Made by a program: the position numbers and the translations under genes. DNA of 61,735 nucleotides, counting the filler, from Stramenopiles sp. TOSAG23-6 (Eukaryota): the NCBI GenBank assembly GCA_900128565.1. It is 17 parts of 17 records of this genome, joined end to end, with 100 filler letters (N's around TTAATTAATTAA, not from the genome) between each part and the next. Parts side by side here need not be neighbours in the genome. Positions count along the whole stretch, not along the records: positions 21,950 to 25,496 come from LT637460.1; positions 25,597 to 29,141 come from LT637461.1; positions 29,242 to 32,778 come from LT637462.1; positions 32,879 to 36,414 come from LT637463.1; 13 more parts are not named here. The stretch is one strand, 5' to 3'. Each line of letters begins with the position of its first letter. Position 1 is the first letter of the stretch. The notes under the pieces are model-generated. The model did not search any database. It was not told the origin of the DNA and was given only the letters and a program-made list of their open reading frames with translations. Positions 23,401 through 36,514 of this stretch are shown here, piece after piece.

Positions 23401-24744
23401 ATGCCGCTCGAATCAACAATGATTTGTTTGGATAATTCCGAGTGGATGCGCAATGGTGATTATACACCATCCCGTCTAGGTGCCCAGCTTGATGCTGCTA
23501 ATGCTGTCAGCTCTCGACGAGTGAATCCTCCTTGTCATCCAGAGAATACTGTGGGTATCATGACGATAGCTGGTCGGACACCAGAAGTATTGTGTACTCC
23601 GACGCGCGATCAGACTTTATTATTAACTGCTACAGAATCTGTAGAAATTTCTGGGAAAGCTAGTGTTTATAATGCTGTTAAAGTTGCACTTCTCGCACTG
23701 AAACACCGCACAAATAAAAACGGTGGACAACGTGTTGCCTTGTTTGTTGGCAGTCCAGTGGACGACGATACGAAGAAACTAACAAAGGTTGGTAAAGAAT
23801 TGAAAAAAAATGGTGTTGCTATCGATATTATTCTCTTAGGTCCAACGGAAGGCAATAAAAAGGAAGAAAAGTTGGAGTCTTTAGTCAAAGCAGCTGATAA
23901 AGACGGAAATTCACATTTGATAGTTGTTCCTCCCGGACAGTTGCCCTCTGACGTTCTACGCTCTTCACATCTATGTGTTGAAGGTGGATCTATATCTGCA
24001 CCTGGTACTGATAATGCATCAGCAGGCGGCGATAATAATTTTGCAGAGTATGGTGGTTTTGATCCTAGTGTTGACCCAGAGATGGCACAGGTCATGAGAA
24101 TGTCTCTCTTGGAGGAGCGCGCACGGCAAGAAGCGACAGTACAAGAGGTAACGGCAGAAAGCGAAGTTGCAGCTACAGAAGAAGCTATAGCCCAATCATC
24201 TGTACCTGTAACACCTGCTCCTTCGACAGCATCTATTCCAACCTCTGCTGCTGCGTCAGATCAACAAGCGAGTGAAATGACCGACGATCAATTACGTACG
24301 TTTTCGTCATGAATTTTAATTTTTTTTTCGTACCAAATTTTGTACCTAACGAATTTCGAATTTTGAATATTTTTTCACAATACATTCTCCCAGGCTCTAG
24401 CTATGTCAATGGCTGCTGCTGCTGAAGAAGAAGCACAGGGGGAGAGTCAAGCTAATATAGATCAAGAAGATGTTGTAATTCAACAGGCTTTACGGTTATC
24501 TGAAGAAAGTCAACAAAATAATACAAGTGAGCCAACTGCAGCATCTAACCCTAACCCTCCACTACCTCCTCAACGAACTGGTGAAACTACTCCTTATTTT
24601 GACCCAGCATTTGTTCAAGGTTTACTACAAGGATTACCTGGTGTCGATCCAAATGATCCACGAATCCAGGCAGCAATGCAGACATTCAATCAAAACAACG
24701 ATAAAAGTGATAAAAATGATTCTGATAAGACAAAGGAGAAATAG
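23401..24744 (+). CDS. PSMD4: 26S proteasome ubiquitin receptor RPN10, 2 exons
   Basis: MPLESTMICLDNSEWMRNGDYTPSR vWA start, DPSVDPEMAQVMRMSL and LPGVDPNDP motifs. Intron 24296-24385 (GT-AT) gives the UIM DDQLLSQALAMS. Confidence 0.95.
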
Positions 24745-24930
24745 AAAGAAAATAAGAGCAAATTCGAAATTCAAAAAATTTAATAAAATTAGAATGTCAA
24801 AAAAAGAACTTTCCTGGAAAAGTCAATTTTTTCATCTTCTTCACTCTTATGTCCAGAATACACTTTTTAGAGTGTTACCTTCTTTACAAAGAATTAGTTT
24901 ACCCGTCGGATATAATCAGGCATTGAAACA

Positions 24931-25496
24931 ATGTCAACGTTGTCCGACGACCTCATATCGAACGACAGTGATGGATTTGTTGTCATTAATAAAACTTCGA
25001 AAAACGAGCCATGCGATATACTCCGAGGAATGTCACCCGTTCAGTATTTTGAGCATGGGCTTAGCGAAAAAGACACCGCGGCAGCAATAAATTCCCATAA
25101 GATGGCTATGTTAGGAATATTGAATCAACTCCCGTGTGCCGAGCTAACCGCAGAGAACAAAACAAATCATCATCGACTTTTATTGCAAGTGCTAAGTCAA
25201 CTTCCATGTAATTTCAAAACACCTGAAGCTGAAAATTTTCATAAAAATGCAATGCTTGGAGTTTTAAGTCAACTTCCTTGTGAGCAAATGAACGAAACAA
25301 ACAAAGCAGAGCATCATCAACAGCTATTACAAGTTCTGAGTCAACTTCCATGTAATTTCAAAACACCTGAAGCAGAAAATGCTCATAAAAAAGCGATGCT
25401 TGGAGTTTTAAGTCAACTTCCATGTGAGCAAATGAACGAAACAAACAAAGCAGAGCATCATCGACAGCTCTTACAAGTGCTAAGTCAACTCCCATG
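24931..25496 (+). CDS. Tandem-repeat protein (about 23-aa H..LLQVLSQLPC units), partial
   Basis: Six units in a 138-bp dimer periodicity; runs into the contig end. Confidence 0.55.
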
Positions 25497-25596
25497 NNNN
25501 NNNNNNNNNNNNNNNNNNNNNNNNNNNNNNNNNNNNNNNNTTAATTAATTAANNNNNNNNNNNNNNNNNNNNNNNNNNNNNNNNNNNNNNNNNNNN

Positions 25597-27691
25597 AGCT
25601 AAAGCCAAAGCAGAAGCTTTAGCAGCTAAACTTGCTGCAGAAGAAGCTGAACGAATTAAAAAAGAAGCAGAAGCGACTGCTGTATGGGAAGAAACACCAA
25701 TTATTGCTAAAAAGTATCAGTCGGATACGGTGGATGAAACAGCAGCTGAAATTGCTGCATATACCCAGCCAAACAATCGTCCTTTATTTGTTCTGGCTCT
25801 CTCAAAAAAACGTTCTGAATACGGATGTCCATATAAATTTTCAAATTATGAAGCTGACACAACTGTCACAGAATTCCGCAGTAAAGTAAACCCAAACTTT
25901 GAACTAAATATGTGCGAAGTCGATTGGGGGTTGCAGGCGCCTGGGCCTTCGGCGTTTTCGTATATGTCTGATAAAAAAGTTCAAACAACTTCCAATGCCA
26001 AGACCAACAGAAGTATTCAGTATGAATCGAATAAATCTAAAGATACAGAGAAAGAGGCTACCATAGAATCGCCTGGATTCATTGATTTCTTACAGCGAGC
26101 TACGTTTGCCTGTGAGTATGTGCTCCAACAGAACGAAACTGTTAATTTGTATAAAGAAGAGCTAGGTGCAATATCAGATACTGCAATATCTCATTTAGTA
26201 TATTCCAAAGGTCGATGTATTTCCAGTGTTGATTGGCATCCAGTAGTAAAAGGTGTTGTTTTGGTTACGTGTACTAATAATGATACTTTTGATGAACGAA
26301 CTAACAAAGCTGGTCGTTCATCTGTGTCGTATAATCTAATTTGGAATTTCCGAGATTTACTACATCCACAAAATGTTCTTGAAACTCCACATGAAACGTT
26401 TAAATGTCTATTTAATCCAATAAATCCAGATATCATTGTTGGGGGGACCATAACCGGTCAAGTCGTTATGTGGAACGTGGCATCTCTGAAAAAAGAAGAA
26501 AAGACAAAACATGATGATGATGGAGATCCAAAACCTTTAATGTATGAAATGTTGTCTTCGATTGATTATAGTCATTCACGTGCAGTAAGCGATCTTTGTT
26601 GGATGCCAGATTGCACAGAAGTAGATTCGAAAGGTAATATATCCGTCAACCCAGATGGGAAAATATATCAATTTATAACAGTTTCTACAGATGGACAACT
26701 TCTCATTTGGGATCTGAGACACAAAAAGGCAATACGAAAACCGGGAAAGAGATCTCGAAAAGCAGAACAAGAAGCTGAGCTTTGGGTACCTATTTTTGGT
26801 GTTAAGATGACCGATACTACAGGAACTGGTGGTATGAATACATACAAATTTACACTAAAAGGCCCGGGAAATTGCGGTGCTAACTTTTATTGTGGAACTA
26901 GTAATGGAGAAATAGTTGCTGGGAATTGGAATTTCACACCAGGTGCTTCAAAAAAGACTTCAGAAGAAGAGAATGGTTCTGGTGGTGGTAATGATGGTCA
27001 ATTAAAATACATAAAATGGAGTGCTAGAGATCATTTTAGGCCCTGTGTAGCTTTGGAACGTTCGCCATTTTTTGGTGATATTATTTTGAGCGTGGGTGAC
27101 TGGGGATTTAATATCTGGAAGGAAGGTGAAAAAGAGCCTATATATACATCACCGAATGCTGATAGTTATGTTACATCGGGAAAATGGAGCCCGACAAGGG
27201 CTGGAGTCATTCTTATTGCAAAACGTTCTGGGGACATTGATGCTTGGGATTTGACATATTCTTCACACAGACCATTGCAAGTAATTCATGTTGGTACACT
27301 TCCAGTAACATCTATTAACTTTTGGCATCATGGTGGAAAAGATGGTTCTGGAAAACAATTACTTGCTGCAGGTGATATTAGTGGTGCGATGCACGTCATA
27401 GAAATGCCGCGAAATCTCAGAACTCGGTCTTCACATGCTAATGAAGCAGCACTAATGCAAGCATATCTCGATCGTGAAACAAAACAACTGGCATATACAC
27501 GCATGAGAAGAACGGAAAGAGAATACGAAAAACAAAAACTGGATGAAGCAGCAGCAGCAGCTGAGAATGTTGATAATAGCAAAGAAATTAATATGGCGAA
27601 GGAGCAAGCCAAAGAAGATACTGAAGCTGAAAAGGAATACAGAGCTATTGAAGCAAAATTCCGTCAAATGTTTGGTTTACAGGATAATTAA
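25597..27691 (+). CDS. Axonemal dynein intermediate chain, WD40 (WDR63/DNAI3-like), 5' truncated
   Basis: LQQNETVNLY, FNPINPDIIVGGTITGQVVMW, LERSPFF..IILSVGDW and WSPTRAGV motifs. Confidence 0.82.
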
Positions 27692-27981
27692 TGTAAATTT
27701 GTTTTTGGCTACGTACTCCTCCGAATATTTTAATATTTGTTTATAATAAAACACCGTTTTGATTGCTGATAATGTTTCATAATCTACGTTTTTTTTACAA
27801 TACAATTATACTAATTTTCATTTTTTTTGTACCAAAATTTGTACCTAATATGTTTTTTACTACAACAAATATTTATGTATAGATGAATGTTTAGAATATA
27901 AATTAAAAACGAAATGCGATTATTTTCATTATACATTTATAAAGTCATTTAATATTATATGAATAAGGATGATATTTATAA

Positions 27982-29141
27982 TCATATCCAAGCCTTATCT
28001 TTTGCGACAGACATCAAGATGTATACCAGCCATAAAGTGAACATCGCTGCAGACGTTATATAGTTATACGTTCTGTTTCCTCCAAGCTCTGCTCCCAAAT
28101 ATTTTCTTCTCCCAACAAGCATTCCTAAACAAAGGATAGCAGCAAATACAAATACTGTTACCGAAAATCCTAAGTCTCCTCCTGGTACTACAAATGCACC
28201 ATCCCTGTACGAGGAACCAGGCCCAACTATATGATCGTACTCTTTATATCTATCACGAAACTCTACAAGATCCTGTCCAGTAACACCACCCGACCAATAT
28301 ATAGCGGCTATCAACCATGGTAAACCTAATCCGAGGAAGACATTGACAGAATTTGATCCCGTTACATTTCCTAATGATGCATCTGCATATTTATCACCGA
28401 TAGCAGCTGACATCGACGCAAATGTATCAGGAAGAGAAGTACCAAGAGCAACAAAAGTAATTGCCGTTATTGAAGGGCCAACTCCCAGAGTACATCCAAA
28501 GAGTGATGCTAAATCAGAAATAAGAGCTGTGACTATACCAATTGCTCCAAGAGCAACAAAGAAGCAGAGCCACCCACCGCTAAAATCTGTTGGTGGAATG
28601 AAAGCAAAGAAGAATTTCCATGGAAACAATAAGCAATGCATCACCGCTTCAAAGCAAGATAGTTTCCCATCTGCTCCACGATCTACAAGCATGAGTGCTT
28701 TAAATTGATCTATATAGTTAGTCTGTCCGATCTTAATCAAATCTCTATTCATGCGCATCATCAATAAAAACCGATCGGTTGATTTTCGTTCATCATCATC
28801 GCTAATAATACACACTGTTGCAATGTCCGTTTCTTTTTCACCATCTGTCATGGGATTAATTATAGCTCCTCCTTGAGGGTCGGATAAGATCACCTGGAAA
28901 AATTCATCTTTTTCGTACGACTCATCATCAATAATTGTAATGAAATACATTTTGGTATGCTCCCCATTTGCAAAAATGATTCTTTCATTTTTAGCGATAT
29001 AATCTGCTCCGGCAATTGCTGTCTCATCACGTGTTGAAATATTTACAGATACTTCACCAACACATCCACCAACACGTTCAATAGTTACTCCAATCGCTCC
29101 TTCTGATTCAGTGGATGTGAATTTTCTCTCTTCAAAAGAAA
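27982..29141 (-). CDS. Na+/Ca2+ exchanger (SLC8/NCX), C-terminal part with Calx-beta domain
   Basis: AITFVALGTSLPDTFAS and GNVTGSNSVNVFLGLGLPW alpha-2 repeat; IIDDESYEKDEFF Calx-beta motif. Confidence 0.92.
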
Positions 29142-29328
29142 NNNNNNNNNNNNNNNNNNNNNNNNNNNNNNNNNNNNNNNNNNNNTTAATTAATTAANNN
29201 NNNNNNNNNNNNNNNNNNNNNNNNNNNNNNNNNNNNNNNNNAAAAAAAAAAAAAAATCAAAAATTTGTTTAGGTACAAAATTTCGTACCAAAAAAAAATA
29301 AATTAATAAATTCATGATGAAAACGTAC

Positions 29329-32270
29329 ATTGGTCGACCTACTCTACGAAGTTTTATAGAAGAAGGCATCAATGGTAGGATTGATGCTACATCTAAAACA
29401 TCGCCACATTCACTTAATATTGACATACCCTGTTCTATATTTTTATTCTTCTGAAAACAATAATGAATCAATGAAAGCCATAAATGTATTTTGTAAAAAT
29501 ATTTCAAAAAAAAAATCGTTAGGTACAAAATTTCGTATGAAAAAAGAAACGAATTTGAAAAAAAATAAAACATTCATGTTTACTCATTTGTGAATCATCC
29601 ACAACATTTTTAATGACTTCTTTTGCTTCATGGATAAGATTATTTTGTAACGCTACATCCATTGCGTCATTATATAAATGCAACATGGTATAAATATATA
29701 TACAACATCTTGTAAGGTGTAAACGTTGACATGTATTGTGAAAAAATAAAAAAAACAAGAATGTTTTTCTTAGGTACGAAATTGTGTACGAAAAAAAACA
29801 ATTTGAAAATCATAATGTAAACGTACATATCCGTAACGCGCTATTTAGATTAAGTATAACACCAATATCATCATCTTTTCGTTCCGCTAAAAACCTCAAA
29901 ACTTCAGTTTCAGATTGAGTTTTAGCTAAAAGACGGAAAAAGTAGTTAAATACAAAACTATCACGACACGAAATCTTTCTGAAATATTTGCGATGTTTGT
30001 TTTGTACTACATCTAAATGTTTTGTACAAGATTTCGTACTTGAAGATTTATTCTTTACATTTGATTTTTCTATTGTATCATTAAGTTTATGATTCGTTTT
30101 CATTCTCTGTGATATATTTGATGGTCGTGACGTAATTGGAGCACTTAAAACATTTGTACCTGTAACATATTCCAAATACTTAAGTACAGAAATTGTACCA
30201 TTATTATTACTATTATCATTCGTTTTCACTTCATATTGAACTAATGATGGCATTAACTGACGAGGGATTAAAAAGTCACACGTACCAGAAATCCATACTT
30301 GAATCGTTTCTTTAGGTATGTGTTTCATGAATTCAAACGAAAATTCGTAATGTAAAGCTGATGCTTCATGTTGTGGAATTTTTTGTAAGATACGTAATGC
30401 AGTCAGAAATTGTTTCTGTTGAGAATGAATGTAAAGAACACGTTGCCACAAACCTGTTTCTTGTGCAAAATATGTTAATTCATTTATCTGCCCAAAATTA
30501 CTCAGAGCAGCTAAAGTGGTTCGAGAGTCTAAATCACATTTATATTGAAGTAAAAAATCCCTCAAAATGTTTACGTAGGACTGTAAACATTTTTGTGATT
30601 TTGTAATTCTGTCTGTCAGATATTTTCTGTGTTTTTCACTTTTTCGATACTTTTGATGTTTTAATTGTTTTTGAGGTATGGAGCCAATGACACATTTTGC
30701 TATATGCACTTTATAAATAAGCAAATGACACATCCATGTTAAAATAACTGTTTTTTGGCTCCTCATGTATTGTGAAATTTTTTTTTTTGTAAAATTTGTT
30801 AGGTACGAAATTTCGTACGAAAAAAAAATAAATTTGAAATTGAAAAAAAAAAAACATACATGTTTCGGTGAATATTCTTTGAAAGTATTAGACGTAGATA
30901 TTCAAGTAGTGATTCAATTGGGGAAGTAACCATGTCTAATTTAATATCAGTGTTTGTACCCAAATCTGTTGCAATTGGTAATATTGAAAAATATTTCAAA
31001 ATTACATCTTCAAATGAACACTTTGATATAAAATACTTTTTTGCAGCTTCGGAATAGTTTTTGTGACGAAACAATGCATTCGCATACTGTATATTCACAA
31101 TATTTCGTTGTTTGTCGTTTTCACAATAAAATAATGATTTTTTGAAACCAACAAAATTTATTTTATTCGGGTTGTTTTCGTTACTGAGTGATTTACATTG
31201 TTGTATTGCATTTTGCAAGTAATCAGACCAAAGATTTCTATCTTCTCCAGTTATAGAAATTAACCAAATATTATGACTAGATATAATCCATTTCTCATTA
31301 GATACGAAATCATGAATGAGAAAACTGTTCATCTTATTTGACAATCCTGTCAAATTGTTTGAGACAAGATTTCGTGTCTTATCCCAAGACCATTTTTTTT
31401 CTAGAGGAAAGATTTTCTGGTACAAGATAGATTTCGTTATTATACTAATTATACGAAAGCGCAAACTTACTATACAATTATCTTGTTTTTGTAGTCTTGT
31501 GTCATTTTCATATTTCGTGTTATTTTCATATTTCATGTTATTTTCACTTATATCGATAATATCTGTACAATACACATGATATTGTGATACACTTATATCA
31601 TGAGAAAATTTCATTGAATCTTTATCAACTATATTCATTTTGATAAATCCTGGATCGTTTATAATTGATTGACTCTTCGTTACTACCGAGGTCGATGACG
31701 TCATCAAACCATCTGTTGATTTTGTTTTTCTTTTTTTATCTAATGAACTGTTACAAAAAACACAACCATTACCAGTTAAAATACCAAACCCATCAGAAAC
31801 ACCACCATCTGGTGAAGCTATGGATAGTGTTGGTTTCTCCATTCGAATACCTGCTGGAATATCCGCCCAGAAAATATCTCCAATATTCTGAGTTGTAGCA
31901 TCTCGCTTGTATTCATTCATTACATTTATATTATTTAGTAGGTCCTGCTCAATATTATCATTATTATCCTCCTCAATATTATCATTATTATCCTCCTCAA
32001 TATTATCATTATTATCATTCCTCTTGAATTCATCAAAATTATTTTTGTAATATTTAAATAATATCTCAAAATTTGGACCTCCAAAAAATTCATAGACACG
32101 AATTATTTTCTGTTTTGCGTTTCTGCCTGTAGCTAATATAAACCAAGTCGTAGTTTCCATTATTTGGTCAGAATCTGTACGACAAAAAGAAGCATTTGTT
32201 TCAGATTTGTTTTCCGAATTTGATAAACTTTGTTCTTGTGTGGAAACTGACGTCCATTTACTTTTAAGAT
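29329..32270 (-). CDS. VPS18: VPS18/PEP3-like HOPS/CORVET subunit, multi-exon fragment
   Basis: EDRNLW..YL, FEDVILKY, LIPRQLMPSL, ALRIC..CIYIY..LYNDAMDVAL, LWLSLI and ILPLMP motifs. Introns at 29731-29826, 29484-29575 and about 30765-30859. Confidence 0.75.
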
Positions 32271-32347
32271 TAGATTTCAGAAAAAAATCGTTAGGTACAA
32301 AATTTCGTACGAAAAAAAATCGAATTTGAAAAAAAAATAAAACATAC

Positions 32348-32724
32348 CAAACGGCTCTTAAATTTACCTGCTTTGATGACTTCAGTATTTCGTCCTCTCT
32401 TCACATCATCTTCCATTTCTCTTGTCCAATGAGCTACTAAATCTAAAATACGTTCTTTCCCGTCCACTGGGACAGTTATCTGATTGTTTTTTTCTTTACC
32501 TGGTAAGTACTCATATATAGAAAAAGGTTCTGGATTTCGGATTCCAAGCAAAGCCGCAGTCATTTTTGAGACATCATCAGAAGTAGTCCAGGATTCTACA
32601 GGAACAACAACACTTGCATTTTGATTTAAAGAATTGGATTTCCCCTCGATAGTTTCAAGAGTAAATACTCTGACCATTACGGGGTGCATATTTAATGCAG
32701 CAGCAATTTCCATATCCAATGGTA
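32348..32724 (-). CDS. FERM-domain exon (MyTH4-FERM motor-like), probably chimerically joined to the VPS18 contig
   Basis: VPVESWTT..LGI..PFSIYE..ERILDLVAHW resembles a FERM F1 lobe; flanked by family introns. Confidence 0.5.
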
Positions 32725-32929
32725 ATGTATTTTGGAAAAATATTTGAAAAAAAAAAACTTAAATTTGTTAGGTACAAANNNNNNNNNNNNNNNNNNNNNN
32801 NNNNNNNNNNNNNNNNNNNNNNTTAATTAATTAANNNNNNNNNNNNNNNNNNNNNNNNNNNNNNNNNNNNNNNNNNNNGTACAAAATTTCGTACGAAAAT
32901 AAATTCAAATTTGAAAAAAAATAAAACAT

Positions 32930-35900
32930 ACATTTGAAGCAATGAATACAATGCCCAGAAGAATCTAAATAATAATTTGGTTTACACCCCAAACACTTTG
33001 AATCATGTGAAGTATTTCCCTCACAGGAAACAGAATTTTCTTTACATCCAGATAGTGGTGCACATACTTCACAAACTCCAATATGATTTCTATAAAAGCC
33101 AAACTTGCACTTATTTACAGCACAAGAAGTCTCTAGTCCATAGTCAGCAGTACACAGATTCATTCCTTGTATATCTGTAGAATGTTTGCAATGACATGAA
33201 GTATGACCCTTCATACAGCCCTCCATATTACAGGGAACACATTGACCTTCAGAGTCTAAATTATGGCTACTATCACACTTGGAACAAATAGATTTCAGTA
33301 CATTTGAGCATGTAAGCGAAGCACTTGGTTTACAACCGATAACTGGCTTACACTTTGAGCACGTTTTTGTATCACTATTTTTAAAATACCCTGGACCACA
33401 ATGTGTACAAGACATATCAGTTATACTGGTACATACTACACTGTTTTTACTACACCCTTCAATGTTTCTACAAGGTACACACACACCATTATCAACAAAG
33501 TACCCAGTCTTGCATATAGAACAAACAGCATCTCTATCATTTGTACACAAAATAGATGTATCTACACAATTATCAATGAGTGAATCCGCCGAGGCAAGCC
33601 ATCGAGCATGTGCCGATTTCGTAGCAGGATCAGAAGTTTGATACATTTTACGAGTTTTGCGAAAGAAGGACAAACATGATTCACACTTTCCTGATTCAGT
33701 CAAAAAGTATCCACTTTCACACTTGAAACAATGTGAGTTTGTAGCATTTGAACATGTTATATGATTCGCAGAACATTGAGGAACAAAAGAGCATATTTTA
33801 CAACTATAAGATACTGGGTCCCAGTAGCTACCACCTTCACACGAACCTGTTCTGCAAATAGAATCATTTTTGTTAGTGCAAGAGACCAAATCATCTTCAC
33901 AAGATGACAAAGGCGAACATAAAACACATCCAAATTGAGGAGTCCCGCCTTTGACGACTTCTAACATTGCTGAGTAAGTTCCAGGCTTGCATTTTGTACA
34001 AACACTATCAATTGCATTTGAACAAGATGTAAATCCAGGTTCGCAATTTTGTATATGCTTACAAGTATTACAGTGCACATCTGTTGTACCACTGCCATCA
34101 CACACACCTGAAGGATAAACACTACTATGATCGCATAAGCGACAAGCATCACAACCTCCAGTGATTTCATTTAAATAATAACCTTTTTTACANTGAGTGC
34201 ATCGAATATTAGCAATACTCGAACATACAACAGATGTACAGTGCTCAACTCGAAGGGCCAATTGCTTTTCATCAACGGTGCCTCCATATGTGTTAATGTG
34301 CGCGGGCCATAACATACAACTTTGGCATTTCGAATTTGAATTATTGAAAAAGTAGCCAGCTTGACACTTGTAGCATTTCGAATTGTTTGGAGATGTACAC
34401 ATTAATCCATTTAAAGAGCAGCCATGTATTGGAGTACAAGCAATACATTTTTGAGTGGAATCATTTCTATAGAAACCGGATGCACACTTTGCACACTTTG
34501 TATCAGTAATCTCACCAGTACAAATATGAGTGGCTATTTTTTTATCTATGGGTATTTTACAACCTGTAAGAGCTACCATGTTACATGTATCACATACTCC
34601 AGTAGATACATTGTAATAATATCCATCATTACACATGTTTTCAGTACATTTTGCATCTTCAGCTGATGTACATATGACTCCTTCGATTTTACAGCCGATG
34701 ACTGTAGGACAAGCTNTGCATNAGGGTTTTGTTGTCGTTGTATTATTGCAAACACCAGAGTATGACCCAGTGCTACACTTTGGACATGGTGAACAATACC
34801 CGGTATCACTATCAACATAGAATCCAGAAATGCATGAATTACATTGGACGTCTATCATATTAGTACACTTCGATGCTTCTGGAAGGCAGTATTGCATCCC
34901 ATTCCAAGTGTGCATTATGCTATCAAAAGAAAGATTAGAAAATGGAAGAGCATTAGATTTCAAAAAATTATTTCCAAACTTTTTCACATCATTGACAAAC
35001 TTCATACAAGTTTGACACATACTATTATGTGTCAAGTAATACNTGTCTTTGCATCGCCAACATTTGGAAACACCATTATTTGAACATGTAATATGAGAAT
35101 TATGACATCCTTTTAAAATGGGACACATCTTACATTTACCATCTTGAACATAATATCCACCACCACACATAGTACTATTTTCACTTTCAGTCACACATAT
35201 ACCGCCAGATTTTACATAACCAGTCTCGCATTTTGTACAAGTACTATTATTAGAGTTTGTACAAGAAAGGTATCCTGTTTCGCAGTGTTGTATAAGCTTA
35301 CAATTAATACACTGCACATCTGTTGTACCAGTGCCATCACACATGCCCAAAGGATAAACACCATCATGATCACACGATCGACAAGCATTGCATTCTCCAT
35401 TAATATCAATGAAGTAGCCTGACTTACATGCCAGACATTTGACATCCATTCCGTTCGAGCATCGTAACTTTTCACTACGGCAGTTAAGTAGCTTTGTGTG
35501 CATCTTCTGAAATTTGATTATATCATCAGAATCAATATTAAGACCCTGTGTATGAACCAGTGAATTTGGATTGTTTGAGTTCATAACAATATCATCAAGT
35601 AAAGTTAAGCACCTCGAACAAGCACCGTTTACATTTAAATAATACCCAGGTTCGCAGCGACTACACCGGCTGCTTTCTGCAGAGATACATCCAAGGCTAT
35701 CGCTCATACAATATGGTATTAGTGAGCATTTGGTGCATAAACTATTTGTCCCCATATAATGACCAGCACTACATTTACTGCATTTTGAATCTGAACTGTT
35801 GGTACATGTAATCTTTGAATCATTTCCACAAACTTCATTACTCACCGGGGTACATTTTTGACAACTTCCAACAATGTCAATGTCGCCACTAAAATGATTT

Positions 35901-36324
35901 TTATTGATTTCCCCACTTGGCAAAAAGAAATATCCTGGTTGACACTTTCCTGGAAGACAATAAGATCCTTTACCGGGGTCATCGAAACATTTTTGTGCAT
36001 CATTTTGGCAACCTACAACTTCATCACATTTGCTACAAGAATGTACTGTGAAAATATATTTTTGTAAAAAAAAACGTTAGGTACAAATTTGAGTACGAAA
36101 AAAATATAAATTTGAAATGAATTGTGAAAATGTACATAGTCTGTGGATCCAGTTCCATCACATGTACCGTATCTCCTCTCATTGTTTGCACAAGATGGAT
36201 GGCATTTTCTACATTGACCATTATGAAGATAAAAACCTTCATTACATTGTTCAACACAATGAATATTAGTTGCAACAGAACACCGAATATTTTCTTCTTT
36301 ACAATTCTTCAACGACATATATGC
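32930..36324 (-). CDS. Large cysteine-rich (furin-like/TNFR-like CxxC repeat) surface or secreted protein, fragment
   Basis: More than 1000 aa of CxxC..GYY..C repeats, with family introns at both ends. Confidence 0.75.
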
Positions 36325-36514
36325 ATGTATTTTGGAAAAATATTTCAAAATGTACCAAAAAAAAAAATTTGTTAGGTACAAAATTTCGTACGAAAAAGTT
36401 TTTTTTAGATAATTNNNNNNNNNNNNNNNNNNNNNNNNNNNNNNNNNNNNNNNNNNNNTTAATTAATTAANNNNNNNNNNNNNNNNNNNNNNNNNNNNNN
36501 NNNNNNNNNNNNNN

